DNA of 63,796 bases, counting the filler, from Saprolegnia diclina VS20 (Eukaryota): the NCBI RefSeq assembly GCF_000281045.1. It is 6 parts of 3 records of this genome, joined end to end, with 100 filler letters (N's around TTAATTAATTAA, not from the genome) between each part and the next. Parts side by side here need not be neighbours in the genome. Positions count along the whole stretch, not along the records: positions 37,608 to 53,335 come from NW_008246116.1; 5 more parts are not named here. The stretch is one strand, 5' to 3'. The stretch's first letter is position 1, and each line of letters begins with the position of its first letter. Below the pieces are notes generated by a model. It ran no database searches and was not told the origin of the DNA. It was given only the letters and a program-made list of their open reading frames with translations. The position numbers were made by a program, and so were the translations under genes. Shown one piece after another: positions 37,508-49,407 of the stretch.

Positions 37508-37607
37508 NNNNNNNNNNNNNNNNNNNNNNNNNNNNNNNNNNNNNNNNNNNNTTAATTAATTAANNNNNNNNNNNNNNNNNNNNNNNNNNNNNNNNNNNNN
37601 NNNNNNN

Positions 37608-37694
37608 TTCCCCCTCAATCCTGAGCCCCGACCAAGCGCCCTGGGCTTGACGTACCGGCCAAACCTCACGAGCGCTTTAGGAAGTCCACCCTCT
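37608..37694 (+). repeat. 87-bp direct copy of 41281-41367
   Basis: Identical except one base (gcgcTttag vs gcgcAttag); sits at a contig start and interrupts the membrane-protein ORF. Confidence 0.95.
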
Positions 37695-40553
37695 GTCATT
37701 GGCGAGACTCTGCTTGACCGTCACCGTCATGTACGCAATGTTGCTGAAGAGCGAGCTCAGAATGTAGAGAAGCCCGCCGACGAGGAACCCGACGCGGAGG
37801 TATTTCTTGACAAAGCGTGTCCACGCATCGCGCTTGGCCAATACCAACACGGCGCTCGAGTCACCGGACGCAGCCGACGCTTTGGCGACCACGGCTTTGG
37901 TTTCCAGATACGCAGGGGTCGACGAGTGCGGCAGCAACAACGCCTCGGGCGTGCGGCGATACCCGAGGTTGTCGTCGCTGAGCACGCGCCATAGCGTGAG
38001 CTCAAAGATGTAAAACCGCCCGGCCCACGCGAACGGGAGAAGGCCACACATGATGGCGCTAATGTAGTCGATCGTGTAGTAGCCCGACACGCTGCCGTGG
38101 TCCTGGAAAAAGGTCGTCGCGGCGCCATGCAAGAGCACAGTAGGAAACCCGTGTCCTTGCGGCGTCGTGGGCTCCTTGAGCAATTTGGCCAGACCAATGC
38201 CGAACAGCACCATGGCGCCGTGGATGCAGACAATAGTGATCACACGGCTAAAGTAGCCAATCTGGATCGAGCCGCTCGAGCAGAGCACGCCAATGTCCAT
38301 GTGAAAGTAGTGACACTCGCGGCCAATTGAGGACCCAAGCGTCGGTGGACTCGCAAGGTCGAGCAACGCGACAAGCACAAAGGTGGCTGCGCTCGTCAAA
38401 ATGGTCACGCGCCGCGTGTTTGGACCTGACAGATGCACGAGGACTTCGTTGAGCACGTACGACAGCCAGAGCGTCTCCCCGGCGAGCACCGTCGACTCGA
38501 GGAACGGTCGCGTCGCGTCGACAAAGCGCGTCGACAAATGGTTGGCTTGCGGCTCCAAGTAGATGGGGACGGTGGCGAGGCAGACAATGGCGGTGGCGGA
38601 TCGGACCAACAGAATCGGGCGCCCGACCCAGACGGTGCTGGCAATGCGGTTGAACATGAACCAGTTGAGGCCCGCGTGGTGTCGCGTCAGCGTTAGAGCC
38701 AGCGAGACGCCAAAGAGGACCATGCAAAGGCCGGCGCTCACGTACCAGGCGAGACCCCACATGTAGTTGGCGAGGCTGCCGCTGACGTCGAGCGGATTTG
38801 CGAGCTGCGTCGCCGGTGTATACTTGTACGAGAGAAGACGCAGCGTCTGGACGTCGCCCTCAAATGCCACTGCTTCGCGCTGACCAAGTGCCCACTCAAA
38901 GAGACTCATCCACCCAAGCAGCGTCCACGCCGGGCTCGTCATATCCAGAAGCGGTTGAGTCATCACCGACGTGTTGGCCGTCAGTGATGTCCGCACAAAC
39001 TGCATCGTGGAGAGGTTGAGGGCGGTGACGCTATCGGTGAGCGATGACGATGGCGACGCGAGTTGGAGCTGGCGAAACGCGCGGAGGGACGCAGCGAGGG
39101 ACGTTGTGCAGAGGCTGGCGTCCGTAGCCGGAAGCGCCAAACTGCTGCACAGCGATCCCGTGGCCAACGCGAGGTCATTTGCTGAGAGCTGGGCCAACGC
39201 AAAAATCGAATTGGCCGATGCCCACTGCACGCTGAACGGCAGCTGACCCGCGCACGTGTCGTCAAAGCCAAACGAGCGCTGGATAAAGTCGTAGGGTTCG
39301 CCGTCCGCGCACACGGGGCTCCCGCCGTAAAACAAAAAAGTGGGGTTCTGCCACTGGGGTGGCGTCGGGCGCAGATCCACCGCACCAATGCTCGCGACGG
39401 CCGCCGCCAATGACGCACTAGTCGTTGTCTGAAGCGTCAGCAGCGCGATGAAAGCTTCGGCAGCGGCCGTGAGTGCGGGAGGAGGCGGCATGAGCTTGAG
39501 GTCGACCGAGCCGAGTTCACCGAGCTGGTGGTGCAGCGCCGTGTTGGCGTGGTTGAGCGGATACGGGAGGTTGTACATTTCAATCGCATTTGGGAGCGTG
39601 TAGCCAAACCAGAGCGGGCTGTTGAGCACCAAACTCTGGTTCGGACCAAAGTAAAAGTTGCCCATGTCATTCTCAAACGACGCGTACATCGAGTGGGTCG
39701 TCCACAGCGCGTACCGGTCCACGGGCGTGATGCTCTTGATCGTCACACGCGTCGTCATCCCCAGCGCATTCTCAATCCCAATCGATTCCGTCAAACCGGT
39801 TTGGCGGATCGTGCTCCACTGCAGCTCAAAGTATTCGAGTTGATGGGCCTTCCAAAACGCCACTTCGTCGTCGACGGGCACCCACGCATGCGACAGCATG
39901 TACTGCACCCAGGGGTAGCCGCCCGGCGATCGGACGAGCGCGCTCACAATCAAGTTGTTGAAGAAGCCTCGGTAGATTGGCACCCAAGAGCCAAAATCAA
40001 TGTTGCGCCCGACAGCCTCGAGGTACACGGCGGCGTTCGCCTTGTCGTTGGCGACACATCGTGCTTGGCGCTTATGCGAATGACCGAGCTCCCAGCGCTG
40101 CTGCAAGTCGACCCAGCAGTACTGCGTCATCATGTGCGTCACCTCGGTCGCAAAGAGCTCGCGAAGACTCGCAATCGCCTTGTCCATGGCCGTGAGCTCG
40201 GCGTACAGCACCAAACGCGGGTACGCTTCGTAGATGTCGAGTGCCATGGCCGAGCTGTCATAGAGTGTCGGCGGAGCAAACGCCGGGTTGAGGAGCTCGA
40301 ACGACGTCGCGTTGAGCGCGAGGCGGCTGTTGAAGAAGTCGATGATCGCGTTTTGCATGCCACTTACGACAAAGTCGGGCCAGAACAAGTCGTTGGCGAG
40401 GTACGTGGACATGACGTACATGATGCCGATGCTCAGACCGACTGTAAAGAGCACGTAGCTGAAGCCAAGGGCGTTGAGCCACTTTGGGTAGTGCTGGGCG
40501 TCGCTTGTGGGCCGATACGGCGTTGGACGAAGCCACGCTAAGAGAACCGACAT
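37695..40553 (-). CDS. N-terminal part of a large polytopic membrane protein with internal repeat
   Basis: LANDLFWPDF, TQYCWVDL, WELGHSHKRQARC, NAAVYLEA, QREAVAFEGD, NRIASTVWVGRP. The second repeat begins (SLAND) and is cut at 37695. Confidence 0.85.
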
Positions 40554-41572
40554 GACGATAATTGCTCGTCGCTGCTCCCGCCTTTTGTGCCCTTTGCCGT
40601 CTGTAGGTTTCAGCCACAAGCGGTTTTTGTTGGCCGACGAGGCGCGCGACCAAAACTGCTGGCAACAACACTTCAAGTGCCAGCGCGACAAAGACATATT
40701 TTACTCACGTTAATCCGTCCCATAAACTAGCTAATATAGTGTAGTAGTACTAGCGTGAACGATATTATGGAGGGTTTAGGGTTACTATGGCATCGCTTGT
40801 ATGTTGCATACAAACCTCAAGTTTGAACGACATTTCAAGGACGGTATCGTCGTAGTTGGTCCTTTCGTTTCTGTTGGGAAGCTCTCGGCTTCGTTTAAAA
40901 TCGTTGGCAGTTTAGTGCATCAAGTGCTACGCGAAGGTACAGCGTTGCTACGAAGACGTTCAATTTCCCAAGAAATGTCATTTTCCTAAGGAAGAGCTCT
41001 CTTTACGTAGCATTTTGCATTTCGACGCGACGACGAACCTCCTCCATACGCTACTATTACCTTCTTTCTCTAGTATTTGGAGCCGACTTGCAACAAATAG
41101 TGTCAACACAGCATCTTTAACTTACAACGCGTGCTGGAATGCACGTGATCCGGGCGCGATTATCTACCATAATTGCATCTGGTCGGGTTGACGTACCGGT
41201 ATCCTGCCGTACCGTACAGCGAGTATCATCACCCTATGCGCCGACCCCAGCTGCCGACCCTTGGTGTGCACGCTAACTCATTCCCCCTCAATCCTGAGCC
41301 CCGACCAAGCGCCCTGGGCTTGACGTACCGGCCAAACCTCACGAGCGCATTAGGAAGTCCACCCTCTTGACTATACAATTGCATGTTCATAACTCATTTC
41401 AACAACAGCGAGTATCATCAAGGACGGCAAGGGCGTTGACAGTACAGTACTACTACCTGAACGAGGGCGATACCACCCGCATCGCACCGTCTCTAACGGG
41501 TACGAGGCGTGTGCAAGGACATGCGCTGCACAGCATCCAACGGGTGGTCCCAGCGTGACTTTGCCAACACTC

Positions 41573-41589
41573 CTCACTTTGCACTTTCC
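41573..41589 (+). promoter_or_regulatory. oomycete Inr+FPR-like core promoter
   Basis: CTCACTTTGCACTTTCC immediately before ATG 41591. A near-identical element precedes the paralogue (43212-43229), and GCTCACTTTGGCTTTTGC precedes the protease (51337-51354). Confidence 0.65.
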
Positions 41590-41590
41590 G

Positions 41591-42415
41591 ATGGCTTCAA
41601 CACCCAAACCCCACCTCTTGGACGTATTTGTCTATGGTCCAAATGAGACGCCGCCGCTGCGTTTCCTCGCGGGCTTCCCGTACTTTGTGCTGACCATCGC
41701 CCACGTCCAGCTCGGGCATTTTGTGTGGCTGCATGGCATGGGCTTCACCGGCTGCGTGATTTACACGCTTCTCTCGTTTGGCACGATTGTGCTCGATGGC
41801 CTCGCGAACCCGAGCCTCGGGAAGAACCTCCAGACGCTCCGCTGCAACGGATTCTCGGATACGCTGACCGCGACGCGCATGGCGCTCAACTTGATCTCGA
41901 ACGTCGTCATGACGTGGCTCGTCTTCCAAGAGCTTTGCGGACCCGAGGCAGTTGCGTCGACCTTGCAATTTGAGTCGTACTCGACATTTACGGTCGCCGC
42001 GATCGCGGCCAACATTGGTTTGACCGAAGTGCTCTTCTATTTTGCGCACAAATGCCTCCACGAGGTGCTGCCACGTATCCATTTGATGCACCACTGCTGC
42101 TTTGAACCGACGCACTCGACCAACTTTATCTTTGACCCGATCGACTTTGCGTTTGAGCTCGGGATGCCAACGGCGTTCTTGTTTGTCAACCATTTCGTCC
42201 TCTGGCAGCAAGACCACGTTGTGCTCCTCGTCTCGTATATGATTGTACAACAGTACTACGCGTTGGACCACAGCGATTTCCTGCAGCTGCACCATTTCAA
42301 GCACCACGCCCGCCTCGACGACATGTACACGGCGTACATCAAGTACCGCAACCCAAGCGACCTCAAGTTGGAAGCCGTGCGCACGATCATGCAGCGCCCG
42401 GCCAAACATGCCTAG
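41591..42415 (+). CDS. fatty acid hydroxylase superfamily protein, paralogue 2
   Basis: His boxes AHKCLH, HLMHH, DHS, HHFKHH; colinear with 20959-21819. Confidence 0.85.
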   Translation: MASTPKPHLLDVFVYGPNETPPLRFLAGFPYFVLTIAHVQLGHFVWLHGMGFTGCVIYTLLSFGTIVLDGLANPSLGKNLQTLRCNGFSDTLTATRMALNLISNVVMTWLVFQELCGPEAVASTLQFESYSTFTVAAIAANIGLTEVLFYFAHKCLHEVLPRIHLMHHCCFEPTHSTNFIFDPIDFAFELGMPTAFLFVNHFVLWQQDHVVLLVSYMIVQQYYALDHSDFLQLHHFKHHARLDDMYTAYIKYRNPSDLKLEAVRTIMQRPAKHA

Positions 42416-43243
42416 TTGGCGTGGAGAGTATGTCTTTTGAATCGAGAAAAATGTTGTTTTGTGGTCATTTCGTGCGAATACAAGCGCCACGAAACAATGA
42501 TTCCAACTTGACGGGCACATACCCAAGCCACCAACAACAGCAAGAACAATACCACCACAAGCGTCGACAAGGCAACGTGGGTCGTTCCACTGTGCAGGAG
42601 CCGCATGACGGTGCCCGAGCAGCTCGAACTTCGTCTTTGGCTTCTCTGGCCAGCTTTTCCCGCGCTTCGTGCGCCATCCGCCACTTAACCGAGTGGACAC
42701 AATGAGACCTGTTGACAGTATTATTTCGTTGAGAAGGCTTTACTTTAGTAGACATCCTCCCTCAACGAGCAATGCAAATGCATTCCTTTGTCCTTCAACA
42801 ACACCAATATAGCCCCCTCCACTGTACAGATTGCAGAACCAGACTCCGTCTGCTTGTCGACGTGAACATACATGGGCGCATGAGGACGCCTCACCAGAGC
42901 ATCTAGGAGCTGTAGATTTGTGCTGGTAGGAATAGATACGAAGCGCACTCAGGACGCCGCCAAATTTCTTTGTCCGTTCGATGCGCAGGCAATGTTCTTG
43001 CCGGCGCATCGAATACCCAAGCAAATTTCGAGGTGTGTGAATTGACTGGTGCGAGGGCCTGCTCCAAGGTATATATCACTACATTGCTCCATGATGTGTA
43101 AACCGCTGGCTTCGATGCTATCACCACCACCGTGCGTTTTGCGTATATTTGGCGGCAAGAAAAGGGATTACGGATTTGTTGATGGCCTTTCTTCTTCAAT
43201 CACCCGTCAACGCTCACTTTGCACTTTGCCGTATCGTCGCACG

Positions 43244-44119
43244 ATGGTCCCCAACGGCAGCATTCGCCCGATCGACCCGCCGACGACCGAGAAGACGCCC
43301 ACGTTGTCTCTTGACGCTGGCATCTTGGAGTGTGTCGTGTACGCGCCCGATGCGACGCCGCCCTTGGCTTTTCTCGCGGGGTTTCCGTACTTTGTGCTAA
43401 CTGTGGCGACGATCCAGATCGGACATTTTGTGCTGCTCAACAACGGGATGGGCTTTACGGGGTGTCTCCTCTACGCACTCATGTCCATGCTGCTCGCGGC
43501 GCTTGACGGGCTCGTGAACCCGAGTCTTGGCAAGAACGTTCGGACGCTGCGCGCCAACGGCTTCTCCGATCGCTACACGCTGCAGATGATGACGCTCAAC
43601 TTGCTCTCGAACATTCTCATGACATGGCTCGTCTTCCAAGAACTATGCGGCCCGGACGCTGTCAACGCGACCTTGCAATTTGCGTCGTACTCGACGTTGA
43701 CGGTCGCGGCGATTACGGCCAACTTGGCAATGACCGAAGTTGTCTTCTACTTCGCACACAAGTGCCTCCACGAGGTGATCCCGCACGTGCATTTGATGCA
43801 CCACTGCGTCTTTGCACCGACGCACTCGTCCAACTTTATCTTCGACCCGCGCGACTTTGCGTTCGAGCTCGGGCTCCCGACGGCGTTCTTGCTTCTCAAC
43901 CATTTCGTGCTCTGGCGCCAAGACCACGTTGTGCTCCTCGTCTCGTACATGTTTGTACAGAACTTTTACGCGCTCGACCACAGCGATTTCCTCCAGCTCT
44001 ACCACTTCAAGCACCACACCCGCCTCGACGACGTCTACACGGTCTACGTCAAGTACCGCAACAACTCCAATCGCGAGGCCGTCCACAAGATCATCAAGCG
44101 GGCGACCAAGGTCGCGTAG
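43244..44119 (+). CDS. fatty acid hydroxylase superfamily protein, paralogue 3 (tandem)
   Basis: Same His boxes; highly similar to 41591-42415. ATG chosen downstream of the Inr/FPR element at 43212-43229. Confidence 0.85.
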   Translation: MVPNGSIRPIDPPTTEKTPTLSLDAGILECVVYAPDATPPLAFLAGFPYFVLTVATIQIGHFVLLNNGMGFTGCLLYALMSMLLAALDGLVNPSLGKNVRTLRANGFSDRYTLQMMTLNLLSNILMTWLVFQELCGPDAVNATLQFASYSTLTVAAITANLAMTEVVFYFAHKCLHEVIPHVHLMHHCVFAPTHSSNFIFDPRDFAFELGLPTAFLLLNHFVLWRQDHVVLLVSYMFVQNFYALDHSDFLQLYHFKHHTRLDDVYTVYVKYRNNSNREAVHKIIKRATKVA

Positions 44120-44773
44120 GCGGTACGAAGCCGATACTATAATATGGCACGCCGAGAGGACGTTATAAGTATGTAATATTCACCACGCTGTATCGCGATC
44201 TAGTCACTTCTACCTTATGACGTCTACCTTGTGGCTGGTGTTCCAACGACCAACCCTACCCCCACCACAAAAATGGACAAACCATGTCCATGCGCGGCCG
44301 TGAGAGGTTGCTGCATGCCGGCCAGCAAAGGACACTGTCAACAAGCCGAGTCGAATATAAACAACGACCCAGTAGTAGCCAGTTCTTAGTGGCGTGCGGA
44401 GGCCATCCCACGGTCCATTCCCTGTCACTGTCACAGCGATATCTGATCGGCGCAAGCTGGAATTCGAACTCGCGCTGCAAAGCCATCCGACCACGATCCA
44501 GCTCTCAATGTCCCACGTCGAACGCTGGCGTCACTCGAATGCATCGTCTACGTGCCGTCGTCACGACGACACACCTCTCTCTTCCATAGTACTATTACAC
44601 TAAACTGTCGATGCACATTGGGTGCACGAGCTTGAGCTTGGTGTGTGGTGACCTTTACAGCAGGATTATTTCGTTTACGAGCGACCCGTCCTCGAGACTA
44701 CACACACAGAAATACGCGTCAACACACCATTGTTTGTCGATATAAATTGATACAAGCAAATAGTAAATACACG

Positions 44774-47086
44774 TTACATCTCGTAGATGGCGTCGACGAC
44801 GGCCGCGTGCTTTTGCAGCACCCGCGACCGCTTGAGCTTGAGCGTCGGCGTGAGCTCGTCGCCAGCGACGCTAAAGTCGTTGTCGAGGATCGCATACTTG
44901 GCAATGTAGTGGCCAAACGAAAAGAGCTGGCTCGTGGTCTTGTTGACGTCGGCAAGCCGGTCGTCCAAGTACGCTTGCACGTTTGGGCACCGCTTGGCAT
45001 CATGGACGCTGCGTGCGCGGGAGCCAAGGACGCTGCACATTTCCCGCACGTCGTCTTCGAGCGTCGGCGTCGGGCGGCCCTCTTCGTCCAAGAGCACCTA
45101 CACAAGGGTTAGGGTCCAGCGTAGGCCACCATTTTGTTGTACTTTGAGTGTAAAGAGCGCTAGCAAAAATTCGCGCTGCTCGCCAATGACCATGACGTTG
45201 GAGAGCAGGGGGATCTCGGCCTTGAGAATGTTCTCAAGCGCGACCGGCGATATCCGCTCGCCACCGGCGGTCCGAATCGTCTCGGGAATCGACCCCGTGA
45301 TCGTAGCAAAGCCGTCTTCGTCGATGACGGCCGTGTCGCCCGAGTAGAGCCAGCCCTCCTCGTCAATCGCGTCCTTGGTCTCTTGGTCGCGCTTGAGGTA
45401 GCCCATCATGACGTGCCGGCCGCGGAAGAGCAGCTCGTGTGTCTCCTTCTTGACGCGCATCTCGGTGCCGAGGAGAGGGCGACCGACCGAGCCTAATGTA
45501 GATACGTTTATGATAAAAATGGTCGAGAGACGTCGTACCCATCTTCCAGCAGTGCAGCACGTTCATGGTGGCCAAGCCGCCCGTCTCGGTTTGCCCGAAG
45601 AACTCCATGATGGGGATGTCAAGCCCACCGTAAAACTCGAGCGTCTCGGACCGGAGTGGCGCCGACGTGACGGAGAACGTCTTGCAGCTACATCCGGTGC
45701 TCAATAACTTGCGCAGGATACTATGCAGTCGTACCGGTCGAGGCCCAACGAGGCCTTGACGCGCGACAGCACGAGCTTCTCTGCAATCCCGACACCGCAG
45801 GGCGGGCCGCCGTGTTGGCCGTACTGCGAGATACGGGTCTTCTTGATCGCCCGCGACGTAGCAAAATGCACGAGCTGCTTCTTGAGGCCACGCGATTTGC
45901 CGTGCAAGTCGCGCATCTTGATGGCCATCTTGTCCCAGACGTACGGGACACCGCAGAAGCGCGTCGGGCGAATCTCCTTGATGGTCTTGCCGAGGCCGCC
46001 CCGCAGCGCATCCTTGGGTGCAAAGTGAACCTCGTAGCCAATGACGAGCGGCAAGATGATGTCGTTGAGCTGCGGTGTAATGTGCGCCAATGGCAAGTAC
46101 GACACGAGCACGTCGCGGTTGCTCAGACGCGTGTGGTAGTCGCGGTCGATGCTACGTAACCGTCGCGGTTAGGGTCGTGCAGAAAACCGCCAGTCTAAGA
46201 GACGTGTCTACCTCTTGTCCATGCACCACGCATTGAAACAGAAGTTGTCGTGCGAGATCATGACACCCTTTGGGAGACCGGATGTGCCGCTCGTGTAGAC
46301 CAACGCGGCGCAGTGGCCCGGCTCGACGCTCTCCATGCGGCGCTTGAGCGTACCGCGCGTAATGTCGTCGCCCAGGATCGCGAATGCGTCCCAGCCGTAC
46401 ACAGGAATCGGCGACCGGAGATTCGTGGGCACACGCTTGCCCCAGAGCACGAGCGCCATGAGCCGCGGCAAATACGGCTTCATCGCGATGAGCTTTTCGA
46501 GTTGCGCGACGCTGTCGCAAACCACGATGCGCGCTTCCGAGTGGCCGCAGATGTACTGGCAGAGGTCGTTGGTCGTGCCGAGGTAGATCCCTACGCATCT
46601 CGATACGTTGGTGCCAACTCGGCACGGGATCGAGGCATACCGGCGGCCGCAGCGCCCGCCATGATGGTGCCCATGTACGCAATAAGCCACTCGGACGAGT
46701 TGGCCCCGCAAATACCGACAACTTCGTGCGGCTGGAGCCCGATGCGGATAAGACTCTTGGTAAACTCTTGGGCCTGCGTGTAGTATTGACGCCATGTCAG
46801 CGAGTACCTAGTGCATTTGGTTTCCATCGCTGCAGCACAGTGGAAGATGTGAACGCACCACGTGTCCTTGCGCTTCTCGTGCAGCGCTTTTTGGTACCCG
46901 TACCGCTTGACGGTTCGCTGGAAGAGCGAAATGAGCGTGCTCGACGGCGGCATCTTGTCGTGCGGGAGGCGGCTCGTGTTGGGACGGATCGCAACCGTTT
47001 GGTTGAGCCGCGTCGTCTAGCCTTTCGGTTAGGATGCCGCGAAGGCGCGCCATTGCACGTACCACATAAGCCGAGGAAGACACCAT
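44774..47086 (-). CDS. long-chain acyl-CoA synthetase (AMP-binding, bubblegum/ACSBG-like)
   Basis: YTSGTSGLPKGVMISHDN, VSYLPLAHI, GRHVMMGY, GWLYSGD, GDELTPTLKLKR; multiple introns; first exon tentative. Confidence 0.88.
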
Positions 47087-48499
47087 CGCGTTCGTGTCAC
47101 TCGTCGCCGGATGATCCCGTTATGACGCTCAGACCAGGACGCGGCTGGCGCGATGTAACACATGGTCCTTCCGGGGGGCCCCAGTTACACCACCGCAACT
47201 CAGTTTGCACTTGGGCCATGCGTTTCAAACCCACAGCGTCCTCAACAGTTTCTCAACAGCCGATTCAAGTCCGTCTCGTCGCTGCTTGGGCACAGGATGG
47301 CAGCGCGAAGGGGCCGTAAAGCCCGAGTACAGGTCGAGGTAGGCAGCTGCGAGGTCGTCGCCGTGGACCACTACGGACACGAGGAACCCATCATTCGAGA
47401 AATGGCGCCCACGAGTACCCAAGTCCCCGAATACACTGCACGTGATGTCTTTTCTCCCAAACGCCAGCAGCGGTCGACGGTGCGATCAGACCATTCGAAT
47501 CTGCTCTTGCTACTTTAGGCAGTGAGTCACGACGACACGTGCGGACGATGATATTCGATGACCGGACTACGTGATAGTCGATGTTCAACTGGCGTACGAC
47601 GCTGTCGCTGCAAGCACCCAAGCGCTTCCATCGCCATCCAGCCGACGAACGCACTGATGAGCTTGCGCATGCGACCAAGCTACTGGACCACGTTTCTTGC
47701 GTCGGAATCCTCCTTCTCGCCAACGAGTAGCAACCAAAGTCGTCCTGCCACGCCCGACGATATGAGACAAAAATGATATATGACCCAATGATAGAGACAG
47801 TATGGATAAAGATTGGTGGTAGGGCCAAAACGATTGGGGAAGGGGGACCCGTTGACGCACGCGGCGCACGTCCAGCAGAAGGCATCGGGCGGCGCGGTGA
47901 CGCTGCGTCGAGACCCACCACCGTGTCAAGAAATGCAGAGCACTTGCCCTCGTTCTTTCGTCGCATGTCGCAGGCAGTCGCACGACGATCGCTCGTAACG
48001 ATGGGTGCGCCCTGTTGCTCACGCTAGTCCTGCGGAGCAGTCCTACGGTACTCTCAAAGGAGCGGTTGACGCGCCGAGCTGCGAGTCAGTGTCGTGGTGT
48101 CCCAAGCGCGGTGCAGAAGCGACGGATACGCGCTCGTTTATAGCGCCGAACGTTTCTGTGTTGATCGCAGCGCATCGCAGTCTCGTCAAGCCACTCTTTT
48201 TTAGACGCATTTACTATTTAACAGCACCGATAGATAGATAGTCGGTCCACGCGCACATGGACGCGGTCGGTTGCGAAATACGTGTGTCGCTCGGCAACTG
48301 CAACGACTCGACAACCTCCAAACCCGCAAACATGAAATGGGACCACGCCCACCATGCCGCCGTGTCTTTGGGCCGACGCCATTGTCCTAGCTCAGTGCAT
48401 GATTACAGCTGGCATTGACCGTTTGCCATTGCGGGTGTTGTCGGCTGCTTGGCTCTTGCTGCACAGGTTGCAAACCTGCACTTGATACACAGCGGGGGA

Positions 48500-48963
48500 T
48501 GGGCTATACCTGGCTATACCCGAACCCTACAATGCGGCACCTCGCGCTAAAATCTCCAAACCCGGCCGTCAAAGCCCGAACATGCGTCGTCTACCCGTCG
48601 CAACACCGCGCTTTGCACCATCTCCTGTCGTTCGGCCATCGCGTACGAGCATGGTGCACCTATGCCTCGGCTTGGCAGCGACCGCACCACCTGACCCCAC
48701 ACTGTGCTGCGTTGCAGTTCGAAAGACGCTACACGTTCGCTCCGTTGGCACTTGGCTCGCAGTCACCACGTCGCTCTATGCCCTCTGTGGTGATCCTTCT
48801 TGGGACTGGTACAACCTCCGGATCCCTGCCCCTACCCGGTAGCTCTACCGAAGGACGACTTCTGCAAGCCGCAACGGCCTACTTGCTGCACCACATTCTG
48901 CACGTTTGGCAACACGAGCTCTGTCAATACTTTCATATTCAATATACCCCTAGTCAGTACTAG
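48500..48963 (+). mobile_element. possible degraded non-LTR retrotransposon 3' end (zf-RVT-like)
   Basis: TCVVYPSQHRALHHLLSFGHRVRAW...LLHHILHVWQHELCQYF resembles a decayed CxxC...HL..C...W / lW..R...F pattern; low GC3. Confidence 0.3.
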
Positions 48964-49407
48964 ACGACTCTAGTCCGTGGCATCTTCTTCCATGTGCATT
49001 GAATGCCCGTGGACAAAATCCATTGACAGCAACCCTACACCGTATTCCGTGTTTCCTTGCCGACATTTGGACTTCCGACACGCAAGTCGCGTCAATTCGT
49101 CGTTGTACGCATCCGCCGCACGACATATAGTATATCCTCCACAACACTGCTTCTCTCCCCTCTCTCCAGTGCTCTTGCATTCTCCTTCATGGCCGTCGTA
49201 CTGTCGTATTTCGCTGCCTCCGTCGCCATCACGTTATACCCGACACTTTGCATCTCCGTACCGTTGGTTTCCCAACCGACTCTTTCCGTCAATATTGTCG
49301 GGTAGGAAAGCCCGTGCCCGGTAAAGCCGGTATTAAAATAGCTTGCTATTTGTATGCAATTCAGCAAGAAATGGACTCCGTAATTGCACCAGTCATTACA
49401 AGAGCCA

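Noticed and set aside
37677..37694. Apparent natural C-terminus RGWTS-stop of the 1006-aa ORF
   Set aside because: Derived from the 87-bp duplicated segment; the gene likely continues across the gap.
40771..40783. AGGGTTTAGGGTT telomere-like motif (also near 5824)
   Set aside because: Fewer than two full units; compatible with chance.
43049..43243. N-terminal extensions in the ORF track (43049, 41555, 49384, 40697)
   Set aside because: Start at non-ATG codons or upstream of Inr/FPR elements; paralogue alignment favours the downstream ATGs.
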